64,000 nucleotides of DNA from Octopus sinensis (taxonomy: Eukaryota), in the NCBI RefSeq assembly GCF_006345805.1, contig NC_043012.1, positions 33,170,001 through 33,234,000 of the forward strand, read 5' to 3'. Both the position numbers and the translations under genes were made by a program. Positions 1 to 13,955 of this stretch are shown here, one piece after another (the stretch's first letter is position 1; each line of letters begins with the position of its first letter). The notes under the pieces are model-generated. The model saw only the letters and a list, made by a program, of their open reading frames with translations. It had not been told where the DNA came from and ran no database searches.

Positions 1-36
1 TCAATTTCTACCCTTATTTAATTTTATATATATATT

Positions 37-380
37 TAAAGGGTAAAGACGCCCTTTTGTCATGAATGACCATGGGATTGCACCTAGAAAGTTACCCTCC
101 CAGGCACAAGTTCGGGCGAGGTTGTTTATGAAAGACCAGCAGTTGCCCATGCATACAAGTCTTCCCTCTCCATGCCACCAATGGTATGAAAGGGAAAGGC
201 AAAGGGACCAATACAGCTTGGCACCAATAATGTTGCAACTCATTTCCATAGCTGAGTGAATTAGGGCACTGTGAAATAAAGTGTCTTGCTCAAGGACACA
301 ACACATATCCCAGTCCAGAAATCCAACTTATTACCTCATGGTTGTAAGCCTGACACTCTAACCACTGAACCATGTGCCTT
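37..380 (-). mobile_element. tRNA-type SINE, family D
   Basis: Same sequence recurs on + at 28620-28972 and 29150-29465; A/B-box-like head (ggctcagtggtt..gagttcgatt). Confidence 0.75.
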
Positions 381-650
381 ATATATGTGTATGTACCCGA
401 ATGCATATGATGAACTTCTTTCTGTTCATGTCAGCCAAATCTACTTACAAATCTTTGATTGGCCTGGAGCTATAAGAGAAGACACTTGCCCAAGGATCCA
501 CACAGAGGAACTGAATCTGAAATGATGTGGTTGGGAAGCAGCGTGTGTGTGTGTGTGTGTATTATACATGCCTCTTATACATTTGTATTATACCCATTTG
601 TATATGCATAAGGGACATTAAGAAAGAATTTTCAAGAAACAAAAAATCTG

Positions 651-848
651 GCCCCTGTGCCAGTGACATGTAAAAAGCACCCACTACACTCACAAAGTGG
701 TTGGTGTTAGGAAGGGCATCCAGCTGTAAAAACACTGCCAGATCAAACTGGAGCCTGGTGCAGCCTCCTGGCTTCTCAGACCCTGGTCGAACCGTCCAGC
801 CCATGCTAGCATGGAAAACGGACGTTAAACAATGATGATGATGATGAT
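651..848 (+). mobile_element. Family E repeat (RTE-type 3' end with (ATG)n tail), 5'-truncated
   Basis: ccatgctagcatggaaa..ggacgttaaac(gat)n end, shared by about 22 copies between 0.6 and 36.6 kb. Confidence 0.8.
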
Positions 849-891
849 AAAATGTGTAATCTGTTCTGATGTGTGTATATTTTCTTTGCAG

Positions 892-1004
892 ATCCTGTCT
901 GAATTTGGTAGAAGAAACTTCTGTAGCTATTCAAGAAGAACTGGATTTAATTGAAGCATTATCAATTCTGGGGGAGTTTGAAATCACTGTCTTACCTCTG
1001 CAAC
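892..1004 (+). CDS. NBAS: NBAS exon (1st in window): SCLNLVEETSVAIQEELDLIEALSILGEFEITVLPLQ
   Basis: tttctttgcAG acceptor; GTtggt donor; phase matches next exon. Confidence 0.9.
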
Positions 1005-4000
1005 GTTGGTTCTATATTTTATATTTTTAGCTGTATTTTCTGAATGTCTTTTCCTGTCTGTCTAAATGTTTTACTAAATTTGTATGGTCTGAATAAATGT
1101 CTTACCTGTTTAACTATAAATCTCTCTCCCTCATGTAATCATGTGTTAAATATCCTGGATTCTCCTGTCATTAGGGACAGGTGAAGTTTCTGTAACTTCT
1201 TGTTGAATAACCTGTGTTGGTGATTTGTTTATAGGAATCAAATCTTTGTACTGTCCATTAGCTCACTTCCTCCATGAAGTTGACAAGGTCTGTACAGGAG
1301 CACAGCGGGCCACAAGCTGGATGTCAGAGTGAGTGCAGAGCAGCATGAACAGAACAGAACATTGCTCAAGAACAGAACAGACCCCGCAGTCTAGGAATCA
1401 AACCCACAATTTTGCAATTGTGAATGCAACATCCTAACTACTAGGCCATGTGTGTTCACGCCATACATACAAGCAGGAAAAATTATACACTCTCAGATAT
1501 GATATAAAGACTTAAAATATATATCACAGCAGAGTTAATTTAATGAGAGATATTGTGTTCATCATCCTCATCATCGTTTAACATCAGTTTTCCATGCTAG
1601 CATGGGTTGGACGGTTCGACTGGGGTCTGGGAAGCCAGAAGGCTACACCAGGACCAGTCTGATCTGGCAGTGTTTCTACAGCTGGATGCCAACCACTCCA
1701 TGAGTGTAGTGGGTGCTTTTTACGTGCCACTGGCACAGGTGCCAGGTGAGGCTGGCACCGGCCACGATCGGTTGGTGCTTTTTATGCGCCACCGGTATGG
1801 AAGCCAGTCAGGGCGGCGCTGGCATCGACCACATTCGGATGGTGCTTTTTACGTGCCACCAGCACAGGGATCACAACTACAATTTCCATTGATTTTTGAT
1901 GTTGATGTTCTTGACTCAATAGGTCTCCTCAATCGCAGAGTCGAAACAGTGTTTCTTTACTTGCCACCTGCACAGGAGTCAGTCCAGTGGCACTGGCAAT
2001 GGCTAGGTGCCAGTCATAGGATTTGATTCAATTTTGATTTCTGTGTTATATAGAAGAATTCTGTATGAATAATGTAAATGATCAATAGCAAATTAGCCAT
2101 ATAATTTAATCTTTGATGCAATAATTAAAAATCTTAAATGAATACTGATTCTCTTTTCTAATCCACAAACACATATTAACAATTTCAAAATGTCTACTAA
2201 TATAAATAAGTGGCATGCTAAAGGAAAACTTTCCTCTTCTTGCAGTTCGACTTGAAAAGAATAGACTGAAGTATGTTGAAGCAGCTCTCAATAGTCGTTC
2301 CAATTCTTACCAACTTTCAGACAAAGTAAGTTGACGTTGTTGTTGTTGTTTAGCTTCAAGTTAGCCTTGACTCAACAGATCTGTGATCAAAATTGACATT
2401 CACCTTTTGCAGTTAAAGAATATATATTTTAAAAACATTTGCATTTCAGTTGAGACTGTAGGATCATTAACCCACTCACTTTCAAATTAAACCCTTTCTT
2501 TCTTTCATTAGAACAAAGTCTAAGTTTAGTTTTAAATTTGATGTATTAACCCTTTTGTTACCAACCCAGCTGAAACCGGATCTGGCTCTGAGTACAAATG
2601 TCTTGTTTTCATAAGTTTTGAATCTAATCAAATTTTTAAGAAGCTTGTTACTATAATGGATGACTATATTTTCCTATTCCAGCTTCTTCAGCTAGCAAAA
2701 CTATTGAGGGTTTCAGCGGATGATGCAGAAATTGAAGGTCAAGTGTACAAATTAATTGCAGAAAAGGCATTGGATGTGAGTATACGTGTTTTTTTCTTTT
2801 TATTATTTTGCTTAACTTTTTTGAATACCTGTAGCAGTCTTTAGGTTACCACGGTAATAGAAATTAGGCAAGGTAATAGAAGGCGGCGAGCTGGCAGAAA
2901 TGTTAGCACGCCGGGCGAAATGCGTAGCCGTATTTCGTCTGCCGTTACGTTCTGAGTTCAAATTCCGCCGAGGTCGACTTTGCCTCTCATCCTTTCAGGG
3001 TCGATAAATTAAGTACCAGTTACGCACTGGGGTCGATGTAATCGACTTAATTCCTTTGTCTGTCCTTGTTTGTCCCCTCTGTGTTTAGCCCCTTGTGGGT
3101 AGTGAAGAAATAGGTATACCCAAATGGCTTGATACCCCTCTATGTTTAGCCCCTTGCGGGCAGTAAAGAAATAGGTAATAGAAATTATTACTTGCAGCCA
3201 ATCATCTACATGGTTCATGGATGTCATAATAGAGGTGTTCCTATAGCTAATTACTCCAGAGGTGGGAATAAAACGAAGAGTCCAACTTATTTAACCCTTG
3301 AGCATTCAGATTATCCTTTCAAGTCTAAAGCTCATTTATGTACATTGTTTTGAATTAATCATGCAATATCTCATAGCTTCAAGATTTTGATGATGTGAGT
3401 GTTTATAGAACAACACTGTAGGGTAGGTGCGAGAGGCCAGATACGACCAGTTTGAACATAAAACATGTAGAACGTTTGGGCTGGACATTGCCAGTTTAAA
3501 TGCTGAAGGTTTAAGCATAAAGAAAGATTGATAATTCTTATAGCAAGGCTGATAATTTTGGTTTCAAATCTTAGCACAAGGCCAGCAATTTTGGGGGAGG
3601 GAGTACATCGACCCTAGTGGTACTTAATTTATTGACTCTGAAAGGATGAAAAGCAAAGCTGACAACAGCAGAATTTGAACTCAGAAACCAAGATGGATAA
3701 TAATTGTATATGTTTTATTAAGAAATAATAGTTACATGTCTTTAACTTGGGTTCATTCTGCAATTCATCAAAGTTGGGATAGAGTTGCCATGATAGATTG
3801 TTAGCCACTACACACATTTTTTTCTCTCCTTGTTTTTTCTGTGTCCCTTTCTGTAGAAGAGCGTAGGCTCGAAACGTAAAAGACTTTTTTTTATTTCTGA
3901 GCATTATACTAATACATCTGTTTGTTTTGTACACCACCTGTCTTCGTCTTTTGTTTTTTTTCGTAAACTCTCCCTAAAGTATAGAATAGTTAGATAATTG

Positions 4001-7000
4001 TCGCATTTGCAAATCTCTTCAAGTTTAGGAGACGTTTATGTATAGCAGTCATTCTGCTCTCTTGTTATATAAGCAATTATCAAAATCTTTGAAAATGAGG
4101 AAGTTATAGAAGTGAATTTTTGATTTTGTCAGGGTTGAGGACTTCTGGCAAACTGGCTGTTTTGGGGTAAAATGTTATGTTAAATGTTTTATGTTTTGCA
4201 GGCGAAAGATTATATGAAGGCTTATTATGCCTGCTCTCAGTTGATGGAGAAATCTTATCCACCGGCATGGAGTGTCTGCGTAGATTTATCCCAGAATGGT
4301 AACTGTGTATTAGGAACACGGTAAGACTTTTGTTTTAATTACCGGTGTCTATTTTAACAAAATTTTTCTTTTAAAATTATGGAGATGTACTTGCATAGCA
4401 AGTGACTTGATCTGAGATCGTGTGCTGGAACGAAAACAATTGCAGCGTGGAAGATGTTTATAAGCCATTTAAGAAATGCACAAAAACCGTTAGATTCACT
4501 TCAACATTTAAATTTAATTTTTCAAAATATTTTCGGCACTTTGAGACCGCGACTTGTTCACTGACAAAACTTCGTGCAGCACGAAATAATGTCAGTTGAC
4601 AAATTAAATTTAAATGTTGAAGTGAATCTAATGGTTTTTGTGTGTTTCTTAAATGGCTTATAAATACCTTCCATGCTGCAATTGTTTTCTTTTAAAAGAT
4701 AACTATTAAAGGGTGAATTTTATATGATAGTCAGACAGGTTCACCAGCTTCATAATCTCTCATCCTTTTACCTTTTGCTATTTACTTATAAAGTTGAAAA
4801 AAAAAAGTTTTTGAAACCTATTTTTTATGTTTTGATATCAAATGCTTCACCAGTGTCACATGGTATTTCATTATGCAACCATGATATGCTACAAAGAATA
4901 TTAAACGGTTTCATAAGTCAATACTGTGTCCTACTGTGTTAGTAGTGCACTTAAATCACATGTTACAGTCACCTCTACAGATTTTACTCTAGAAATTATA
5001 GCCAGCACTGATTCTGTTACGTTTCATATCTGAGACATCTTATTGTTTGTTTACATCTGATGTCTTGGACATGAAATGTTGCAACAGAATTAGTGTTGGC
5101 TATAATTTCTATAGAAACTCTGTAGGGAATATTATTTAAATGTTTTATATATATACTAGCAGAGATAACCGGCGTTGCCTGTGTTACATGCAATTGAAGA
5201 ATTAGACTTTTCTGTTATATTTTCTGTAATGAACTGGAATTCCTGTTTCGAATTTCATCAAAATTGCAGATGAGGGTTATTTCCCTCTTTACACACCTTA
5301 AAAAAAATTGTCATCGTGTCACATGTATCGGTGCAATTGAATGACTGAAACAATTAATAGTTAAAAAAATCAAAAAAACAAATAACTATTACAAATCTGA
5401 AAGATTTCAGTGTCCATAGATGTAAGAGATTGGTAAAACTCTTCAGATGTAATTAACTTTGGAAATTTTTACATTGTAGAATTGAACTTCTGGAATTTGC
5501 TTTGACTTACTGTGATCCTGACCAAATACAATCTATTCTTGATGCCAAAGCTCTCATAGACATTCAGGTAAATTGATGCGACCATTCATGTCTCTTAGTA
5601 GATTCTTTAGACGGGTTCTTTTTGAAGACATTTTTCTTGAGGCATCAGCTCGTTTCAGTTATGATAGTACGGAAGCTACATTTCAGCTGATTCTTTCTGT
5701 GGTCATCTTTCCAACTTCTTTAAAAACTTATGAGGATGGGCTGAAAAGTTCAGACACTGACTATGGACTGATGCTAGAACTATGGAATCTTGCATGCATT
5801 AATTTCAACTTTAACTTTTCTTATTAACAATTGCTTTGTTTCTTTCCAAATAAACTGATATCTGACTGTTCAAAGAAGACTTCAAAAATAACTAGTAGCA
5901 ACTTCTCTTGAAAATAGACAGAATTTGGCATTGTGGTGTTAGCAAGTATTTGCAGAAAACACGTTGCCAGTACCACCAAACTGGCCCTCATGCTGGTGGC
6001 ATGTAAAAGCACCCACTATACTCTCGGAGTGGTTGGCATTAGGAAGGACATCCAGCTGTAGAAACTCTGCCAGATCAGATTGGAGTCTGGTTTGCGAGAC
6101 CTCAGTCAAATCGTCCAACCCATGCTAGCATGGAAAGCAGATGTTAAATGATGATGATAACGACATTAATCCCCAAGGATGTTTAAGCTGACATGATTGC
6201 CACATTAGGGGATGACCTTCCACCTTTATCAACAGTGCAAAAGTGTCATTAAGAAAAATAGGTTGTTTTCACATAATTTTCCAAAGTTTTTCTCATAAAA
6301 TTCTAGTTTCCATGTTTATGCTAGAAAAAAAATATTACTATAGTGTGTGTTTGCAGAAACCATGCTTTTATGTTGTGTATGTCCTCAATTTCATCATCTT
6401 ATAATTCTATCTTTTACAGATGCTCTATGATCAAGTCTGTGCTGAATTTGGCACCATGTCCTCTTCTGATGAAAAACCTTCAAGTATGATAGACAGTACA
6501 ATAAGTGACAGTGGAGTGTCAGATTTCTTCACTCCTGAACAAAGTCCTCAAACTTCGATGCATGTCCTCAATCAGACAAAAGATATTTTGCTTAGTACAG
6601 GTGAATTAACAAAAGGCATGTTATCTTCAGTTACAGATGTCAAGTGGTGGCATCACACCATTCATAACCTTGTAAAAATGGTTCCGGTCCAACGCTTTAA
6701 TTCTAATAAGGAACAATTCGCTGATGAACAGATTTGGAACTTTGAAAATCAAGCATGCCATCCTTTTTATGGAGAAATCATTGAAAATTGTGTGGTTGAC
6801 AAGGTATCTAAATTTTTAATATTCTTCTTTGTAGTTGTTTATTTTATTTGTTAATCTGAGCCAAAGATGCAGAGCCCATAATCTTAGTCTCTCTCAGATT
6901 GATTTAGAGTCTTTCTCTTACTAATTAAATACTATCACTGACTGATGCAGTCTACCCTTGACTGATGAAGTCTCTCTCTGACTGATGAAATCTATGACTG

Positions 7001-10000
7001 ATAGATGTGTTCTGTCTCTGATGGATGCGTTCTGTCTCCAATGGATGTGTCCTGCCTCCGACGGATGCGTTCTGCCTCCGACGGATGCGTTCTGCCTCCG
7101 ACGGATGCGTTCTGCCTCCGACAGATGCGTTCTGCCTCCGACAGATGCGTTCTGTCTTCAGGTGATGAATTCTGTATTTGATGTAGTTTATCCATGACTG
7201 ATGTGATTCCTCTCAGTCTGGTGCTGGCTCTCCCAGGTTGGATTTAGTCTCTTGTGGTATTTCTACTACCCTAACATCTAGAATCAAAGCGTGTCTTTGT
7301 ACGAATCATTATAAAAGTAGTGTGAGCAGTGATAATTTTATTTCTGTCAGTACAATATCTAATTATTATAGGGTTAGTGATGTTGTTTTCAGCCTGGAAG
7401 CACTTGAGTCATCTCTGTAAAGTAATGAAGCATTCAATTAATACAAGGTTGATAATTCCGCCGAGGTTGACTTTGCCTTTCATCCCTTCGGGGTCGATAA
7501 ATTAAGTACCAGTTACGCACTGGAGTCGATGTAATCGACTTAAATCCCTTTGTCTGTCCTTGTTTGTCCTCTCTATGTTTAGCCCCTTGTGGGCAATAAA
7601 GAAATAAGAAAGTTGATAATTTGTAACTCTTTGATAGACCCGTGTCTGTGGCACATGCTCTTACATGCAACAGCCCAGTCTCTCTAAGAACAAATAAGTA
7701 TAAGGACAGAGTACAGTTCACTGCTGTATTCAACATAGGGCATTACATAACTGGTAAATATATTATTAGCTTGGCAGTGATTTGTTAAAATTCCTCCATG
7801 GATACTGTGACATTTTTAGAACTGAAAGTAATGTTTTTCTGATTTATTTGTAGAAAATTGCAAATTTTGAGACATTTGAACACCAAGTTCCTGCACTAGT
7901 GGAAACTAGTGACATAGTTCTCCGCACGGCTAAATTAAAGGAGACGCTCACCGAGGGGAAAGAATACATGCCTGCTACAGAAGGTACTTTTCTCATTTAT
8001 TTATCATGTAATAAGAGGATATGGTAATAGTTTATACTCATCACCATATTTTTTCTCCATCAACACATGTTTGTCATACAAGACTGGGGATGATCATTCT
8101 CACTTGTATGACATCTCAGATATGAAGCATCATCATCATCATCATCATCGTTTAATGTCCACTTTCCATGCTAGCATGGGTTGGACGGTTTGACTGGGGT
8201 CTGGGAAGCCAGGAGGCTGTACCAGGCTCCAGTCTGATCTGGCAGTGATTCTACAGCTGGATGCCCTTCCTAATGCCAACCACTCCGTGAGTGTAGTGGA
8301 TGCTTTTTATGTGCCACCGGCACAGGTGCCAGGGGAGGCTGGCAACGGCCACGATCGGTTGGTCCTTTTTACATGCCACCAGCACGGAAGCCAGTCAAGG
8401 TGGCGCTGGCATCAACCACGTACGGATGGTGCTTTTTACGTGCCACCAGCACAGGTGCCAGGGGAGGCCGGCAACGGCCACGATCGGTTGGGGGTTTTAC
8501 GTGCCACCGACACGGAAAATAAAATGTCCTTCTCAAGGGCACAATGTGTCACCAGGTTTTGGACTCATGACCTTACGATCGTGAGCCAAATACCCTAACC
8601 ACTAAGCCGTGTGCCTTCACTGCCTCTTAAACACACACAGTCGCATCTTAAAGAGAAATTGATCTCATGATGAGAAATCTGGCTTCATGCGTCTTTAAGA
8701 AATTTCTATTATTGTTCTTGTATATTATACCAATGCAGTCTTGTAACTCATTTCTCATTTACATTTAGAGTTTTTTCATCATATTCTCTGATGCTGTTAT
8801 AATTAAGATCATAATGTACTTACATATTTTAAACATATATATAATAATGAAATTATTGTATACAGTGCTCAGGTGCACCACAACTTGTCAGAAAGTGCAT
8901 ATAAAGTACAAGCAGTAATGTACAAATGTCTGGAAAGCGAACAATGTATGAGTCAGATACATGCTTGTGTGTGTATGGAGGGGAGAAAATCAAGTGTAGT
9001 GTTGGCGAATCTCAGGAAGCATGGAAGTTTTGAAGGATGCAGTGCTCCGACAACTAACAACTGATGCCAGCAGTTTGTTCCATGCTTCAGCAACTCTCAG
9101 CGTGAAAAAATGTTTTCTGAAGTCATGTTGGCATTTTCTATTTGCCAACCTGAGAAGACAAAGCAATGCCCACTCGGCTTGACTGGAATTGAAGAATTTG
9201 GATGGCTGGCTTGTGGAAAATGCACGAACATCATAATTTGTTATTCTTTCTTTTGTATAAATGTAACACTTCTCTTGCTAAGAAATGAATGAAATAATTT
9301 TATTTTATTTTTTAGTGCTTTTGAAACTTGCTGGTGCTACTATTACTACTGACTTCTCATTGGGTCTTGCTTATCTTCTTGCCTTACCTAATGTAAGTAT
9401 TGAGTTCAATTGAGTTCAATTTAAATATTTTTTTTATTTGCCATGATGCTGTTGATTGACCCAAGATATGAAAGAAAAAGAAAATAAACTGGAATTAAAG
9501 TCTTCTGACATCTGATTTAATAAAATGCATACATATTTTATAATTCACGAGAGGTCAGTTTTGGTTGGTCTGAACATAAAAAGTGGGAGAATATTTTGGC
9601 TAGATATGGCTAGTTTAAATGTTAAAGAGTTAAAGGAAATTTGGCTGCTTTTTCTAGCAAGTCAAGTAACCAAACAAAGAGTGCACATGCTGAGCAAGTA
9701 AGGAATTTGTGGAAGGTGAAATGATTTGTTATATCAAGAAGGTCGAGTTATGATTTAAGGGATTTGACTTGACTGCATTCACCCGGGGTGGGTTGAGCTG
9801 GCTTCATTCATCCTCAATGCTGCATCTCTCACAAACGCCGACTAGGCCTGGCGATTTGAGGCTAACAACCGCGTGATCGCCAACCACTCCTTATTCCAGC
9901 GTCGAATGCCCTAGATATGGGGGCCTAGGTTGGGTTCCAGATCAGCCTTGACTGTCATCAGCCAGGTTTTTCGTTGTCCACCACATCGCTTTTGCCAACC

Positions 10001-13000
10001 CTGAAGAGGAGCTGGGGCAATTGCTTCATAGATGAATTCTCATGGCCAATGAGGGTGGAAGATATTAAGCAACTAGAATCCTTCGATCACCTCTGTCTAC
10101 GCCGCATCCTTTGTGTCCGATGGCATTACCTTGTCTCCAACAATTCGGTGCGACACCAGTGCAGAATCACTTCCCTCCGACAATAATAATAATAATAATA
10201 ATAATAATTGTGTACAGTGCTCAGGTGCACTACAACTCATCTAAAGTGTATATATAATCAGGTGTAGTTTCGGCGGATTCGGAAGCATGAGGGCCTTAAA
10301 AGATGCAGTGTCATGGCAGTCAACAACTGACGCAGGCAGTTTATTCCATGCTTCAGCAACTCTGAGCGTGAAAAAATGTTTCGAAAGTCATGGGAGCTGT
10401 ATTGTTTTCTGACTTTGTAGGCATGTCCACGTGTGTAGACACATGGAGTTCAAAAGGTGTTCAGTGTTGTTGTGGTGAGGTGGTTGATAACTTTGTGGGT
10501 GTTTACCAAGTCCGTCGACAAGTCGTCCTAACGGTTGAGTTGTTGTACTTGTTCAGTTTTGTTGTTTATTTCATTGTTGATCTGTATTTAATCAAATTGT
10601 GTTTGCCCTTCAGATAGAAGATGCTGACCAGTGTTTCTCTCAACTGCCCAATACTACACTTTCCATCCAACTAGCCAAGTACTACTACTCCATCCAACTA
10701 TATAACTACATGTCACCCCAGATAGTCGGTCGAATGGCTGACGTATTCAAACATCCTCCCAGAGTCGTTGTCGAGACTGTGGAAGAGTTCCTGTCACACA
10801 ATCCTACTTTACCCACAGACATTCAGAAATGCGTAGAGCGACTCAACTACTACAAAAACTTAATAAAGGACCATGCCCAAGCCAGGTTTCTTCGTGGTTT
10901 AGGAAGAGGTGAGTTATTTTCGTTTCTTCATTATTTTTACTGCTCCATATTTCTGGTAATAAGTGAAGATTTCAGATTGGGAAAAACTTGTTAGCTTTCC
11001 TTTATTGATTATATTCAGATTTTCATATATATATATATATGTTCAGTCTTTAGTATTTTTGATTATTCAGAAAACTATAGCGACTGAAGTACAGATGTGG
11101 CTGTGTTGTTAAGAAGTTTGCTTCCTAACTAAATGGTTCTGGGTTAAGTCCTACTGTAGGGTACCTTAGGAAATTGTTATCTCCTATAACCCTGGGTCAA
11201 CCAAACCCTTGAGTGGATTTGGTATATGGAAACCCATTGCACATGAAAGAAGCCCATTGTACATGTGTGCGTGTAAGTGTGTGTGTATGTATATAAGTGT
11301 GGGTGTGTGTATGTTTGTATCTCCTTTTTGATTCCCAAGCTCCAGCAGTCCACGGTCCTCACCCTAGATGAGACAGCTGAGACTTTTGGAACATTGCAGT
11401 GATGTCCAATTCAAAGTCTGGTATAACTCTCAATTTCAAAGTTTGGTGCCAGCCCCTCCAGTATCTTCTACACATATATCACTGCATACCTCTTCCATCT
11501 TCGTTGCAGGGAGTAGAGTCATAGCTCTTTCAATCTCTCCCAGTAGCTCAGCTATTCCATTGATGCAATCTTCCTTGTGTAGTATCGCTGAACCGCCTCA
11601 AGTTCTGGTATTAATCTTACACTGTAAAGTGACCACAGTTGGGTGAAAGAGGGAGAGTGTTGCAAGGATTTAAAGGATTAGAAGTATGATAGTTGGGAAC
11701 ACGAGAATTATGGCAAGTATTTAAAGAGATATGATTTGACAGTTAATTGAGAAATTAACAAATTACAAATTACGAAAGTTATTAATGTTATTTTAACTCA
11801 AGTATGTTAGCATGTTCGTATTATAAGTTAGTATTATAAGTAAAATGAATGAATGATGAGTGATTAACCCTTTTGTTACTGGATTTATTTTGAGATGCTC
11901 TGTGTTTCAGTTAATTAATTTTAAATATAACAAAGAATTTAGTAAAATAACTTAGTTATTATTGAGCTTCTGTTAGGAACATAAATTGTGACTAAGATTT
12001 GGTGGAAGATTTTAATTCAAAACTTATGGAAACAAAACATTTATGCTACAGAGCCAGAGGTGGTTTTAGTCGGGTTGGTATCGAAAGGGTTAAAAACTAG
12101 AGAAATTTCTCAGTTTAGTTGCTGGCCATTTTGCATGGCATGATAGTGTCAATAGCAGAGCAAACAATTTTTTTTCTTCTTGAATGAATGAAGCACTTTG
12201 ATGTTTATTTAATAATTGTTATTGTGCAGGTGTTGACATCCAAAGATTCACAGAGGACAATGCTTACAAGCATGAAACTATTCTGGGATTAGCCATGTGA
12301 GTTATTACTTTTGCTTTTGTTTCTCCAATTATTGCAGCCCTACTTTTTTTCTTTTTAGTTTTATTGGAAGCACTTTTATTACCTTGGTTGTTCCTTAAAT
12401 CTGTTGGTTGGCCTTTTACTCTAATATTAAAGGATTAATTGAAAGAAAAACAAAGCCAATGATATTAAGACCACAAATGATGGCAGCTCCAAAATGTCAA
12501 TTATATCTAAATATTTTAACTGTAAATTATGTTATCAATAGAGTTAACCCCTCCAGGTCTATAACATCAATAATAACTAATACATGTAGTAACGTAGTAA
12601 GGGATCTCAGCACCCAAGGGCAAAGGTATTTCTAGCACTTGTTGACAGTAACTCTTTAGCATTCAGATTATTAACCCTTTAGCATTCTGTTTGTTTACTT
12701 TTAGAATGTGAGGCCAGATTTGGTTGGATTGAACATGAAACACATTTTCAGACATAGTCTTTATTTTGATTGGTGACCCTGCCAGTGTTGGTGCCATGTA
12801 AAAAGCATTCAGTCCACTCTGCTGGGTGGCTGCTGTTAGGAAGGGCATCCAGCTGTAAAAACAGATGCCAAAACAGCCTGCTGCAGTCTTCTGCTAGGCC
12901 TGCTCCTGGCAAACTGTCTAATCCATGCCGTCATTGAAGATGGCAATTCAATGATGATGCTGATGATGATGTTTTTAATTCAGTTTTTTTATGCTTTTTA

Positions 13001-13924
13001 TTATATTTTAATTCAGTTTTAATTCAGTTTTTTATGCTTAAACCATTTTTGGTGTTATAATTTAGCCCCTAGTATCCCTTCCCCATCTACTTTGCACTTA
13101 AATATTTTGCTATTCACCTTAAATTATCTTCATATTTTAATTATGTACATTTTTTTTTACAGTTTATATACAAGGTGAGCCAAAAGTCATGCACAAAATA
13201 AGTTCAGTATGCTCTGGAATTGTCCAAGACATGCTTCAGTTTTTCTAGAATTGAATAAAATAAATTAATTAATTAATGATGAATACACATGTACTTGTAC
13301 ATGATGAACAAAATGAATAATTATAATAATCATCATCATCATCGTTCATCGTCCGCCTTCCATGCTAGCATGGGTTGGACGGTTTGACTGTGGGCTGGCG
13401 AACCAGATGGCTGCACCAGGCTCCAATCTTGATCTGGCAGAGTTTCCACAGTTGGATGCCCTTCCTAACACCAACTGCTCCGAGAGTGTAGTGGGTGCTT
13501 TTTACATGCCACCGGCATAGGGGCCAGTTTAGCGGTACTGGCAATGACCTTGCTTGAATCTTCTTACATGTGCCAGTAAGGCGACGTTGATAACGATCAT
13601 GCTCGAATGGTGCCCTTTTACGTGCCACAGGTATGGAAGCCAGTTGGCTGCTCTGGCAACGATCACGCTCGGATGGTGCTCTTGGCATCCTACTAGCACA
13701 GGCACAAGTGCCAGTAAGGCGATGCACAGGGCCTGAAATTTTGGGGAGGAGGACTAATTAATTACATTGACTCTGTGTTCATCTGGTTCTGATTTCATTG
13801 ACCCCCGATAGGATGAAAAGCATTTTTGACTTTGGTGGAAATTGAACTCAGAACGTAGAGACAGGCAAAATACTGCTAAGCATTTCACCCAGTGTGCTAA
13901 CGATGCTGACAGCTCATTGCCTTC

Positions 13925-13955
<31 letters not shown>

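Noticed and set aside
2880-2970. tRNA genes at SINE heads
   Set aside because: A/B boxes are present but there is no cloverleaf, and each continues into a SINE body, some with TSDs.
5573-5827. 84-aa ORF as an extra NBAS exon
   Set aside because: Exons 5 and 6 join in frame without it, it has no NBAS similarity, and it contains a mariner-TIR-like piece.
6804-6812. U12-type intron donor
   Set aside because: GTATCTAAA does not match GTATCCTT.
6962-6990. Hammerhead-like CTGATGA-AGTC..GACT in the minisatellite
   Set aside because: Stem II is followed by GATGAAA rather than GAAA, and there is no helix I or III.
6941-7180. CRISPR-like array
   Set aside because: Contiguous tandem units with no unique spacers, in a eukaryotic intron with no cas genes.
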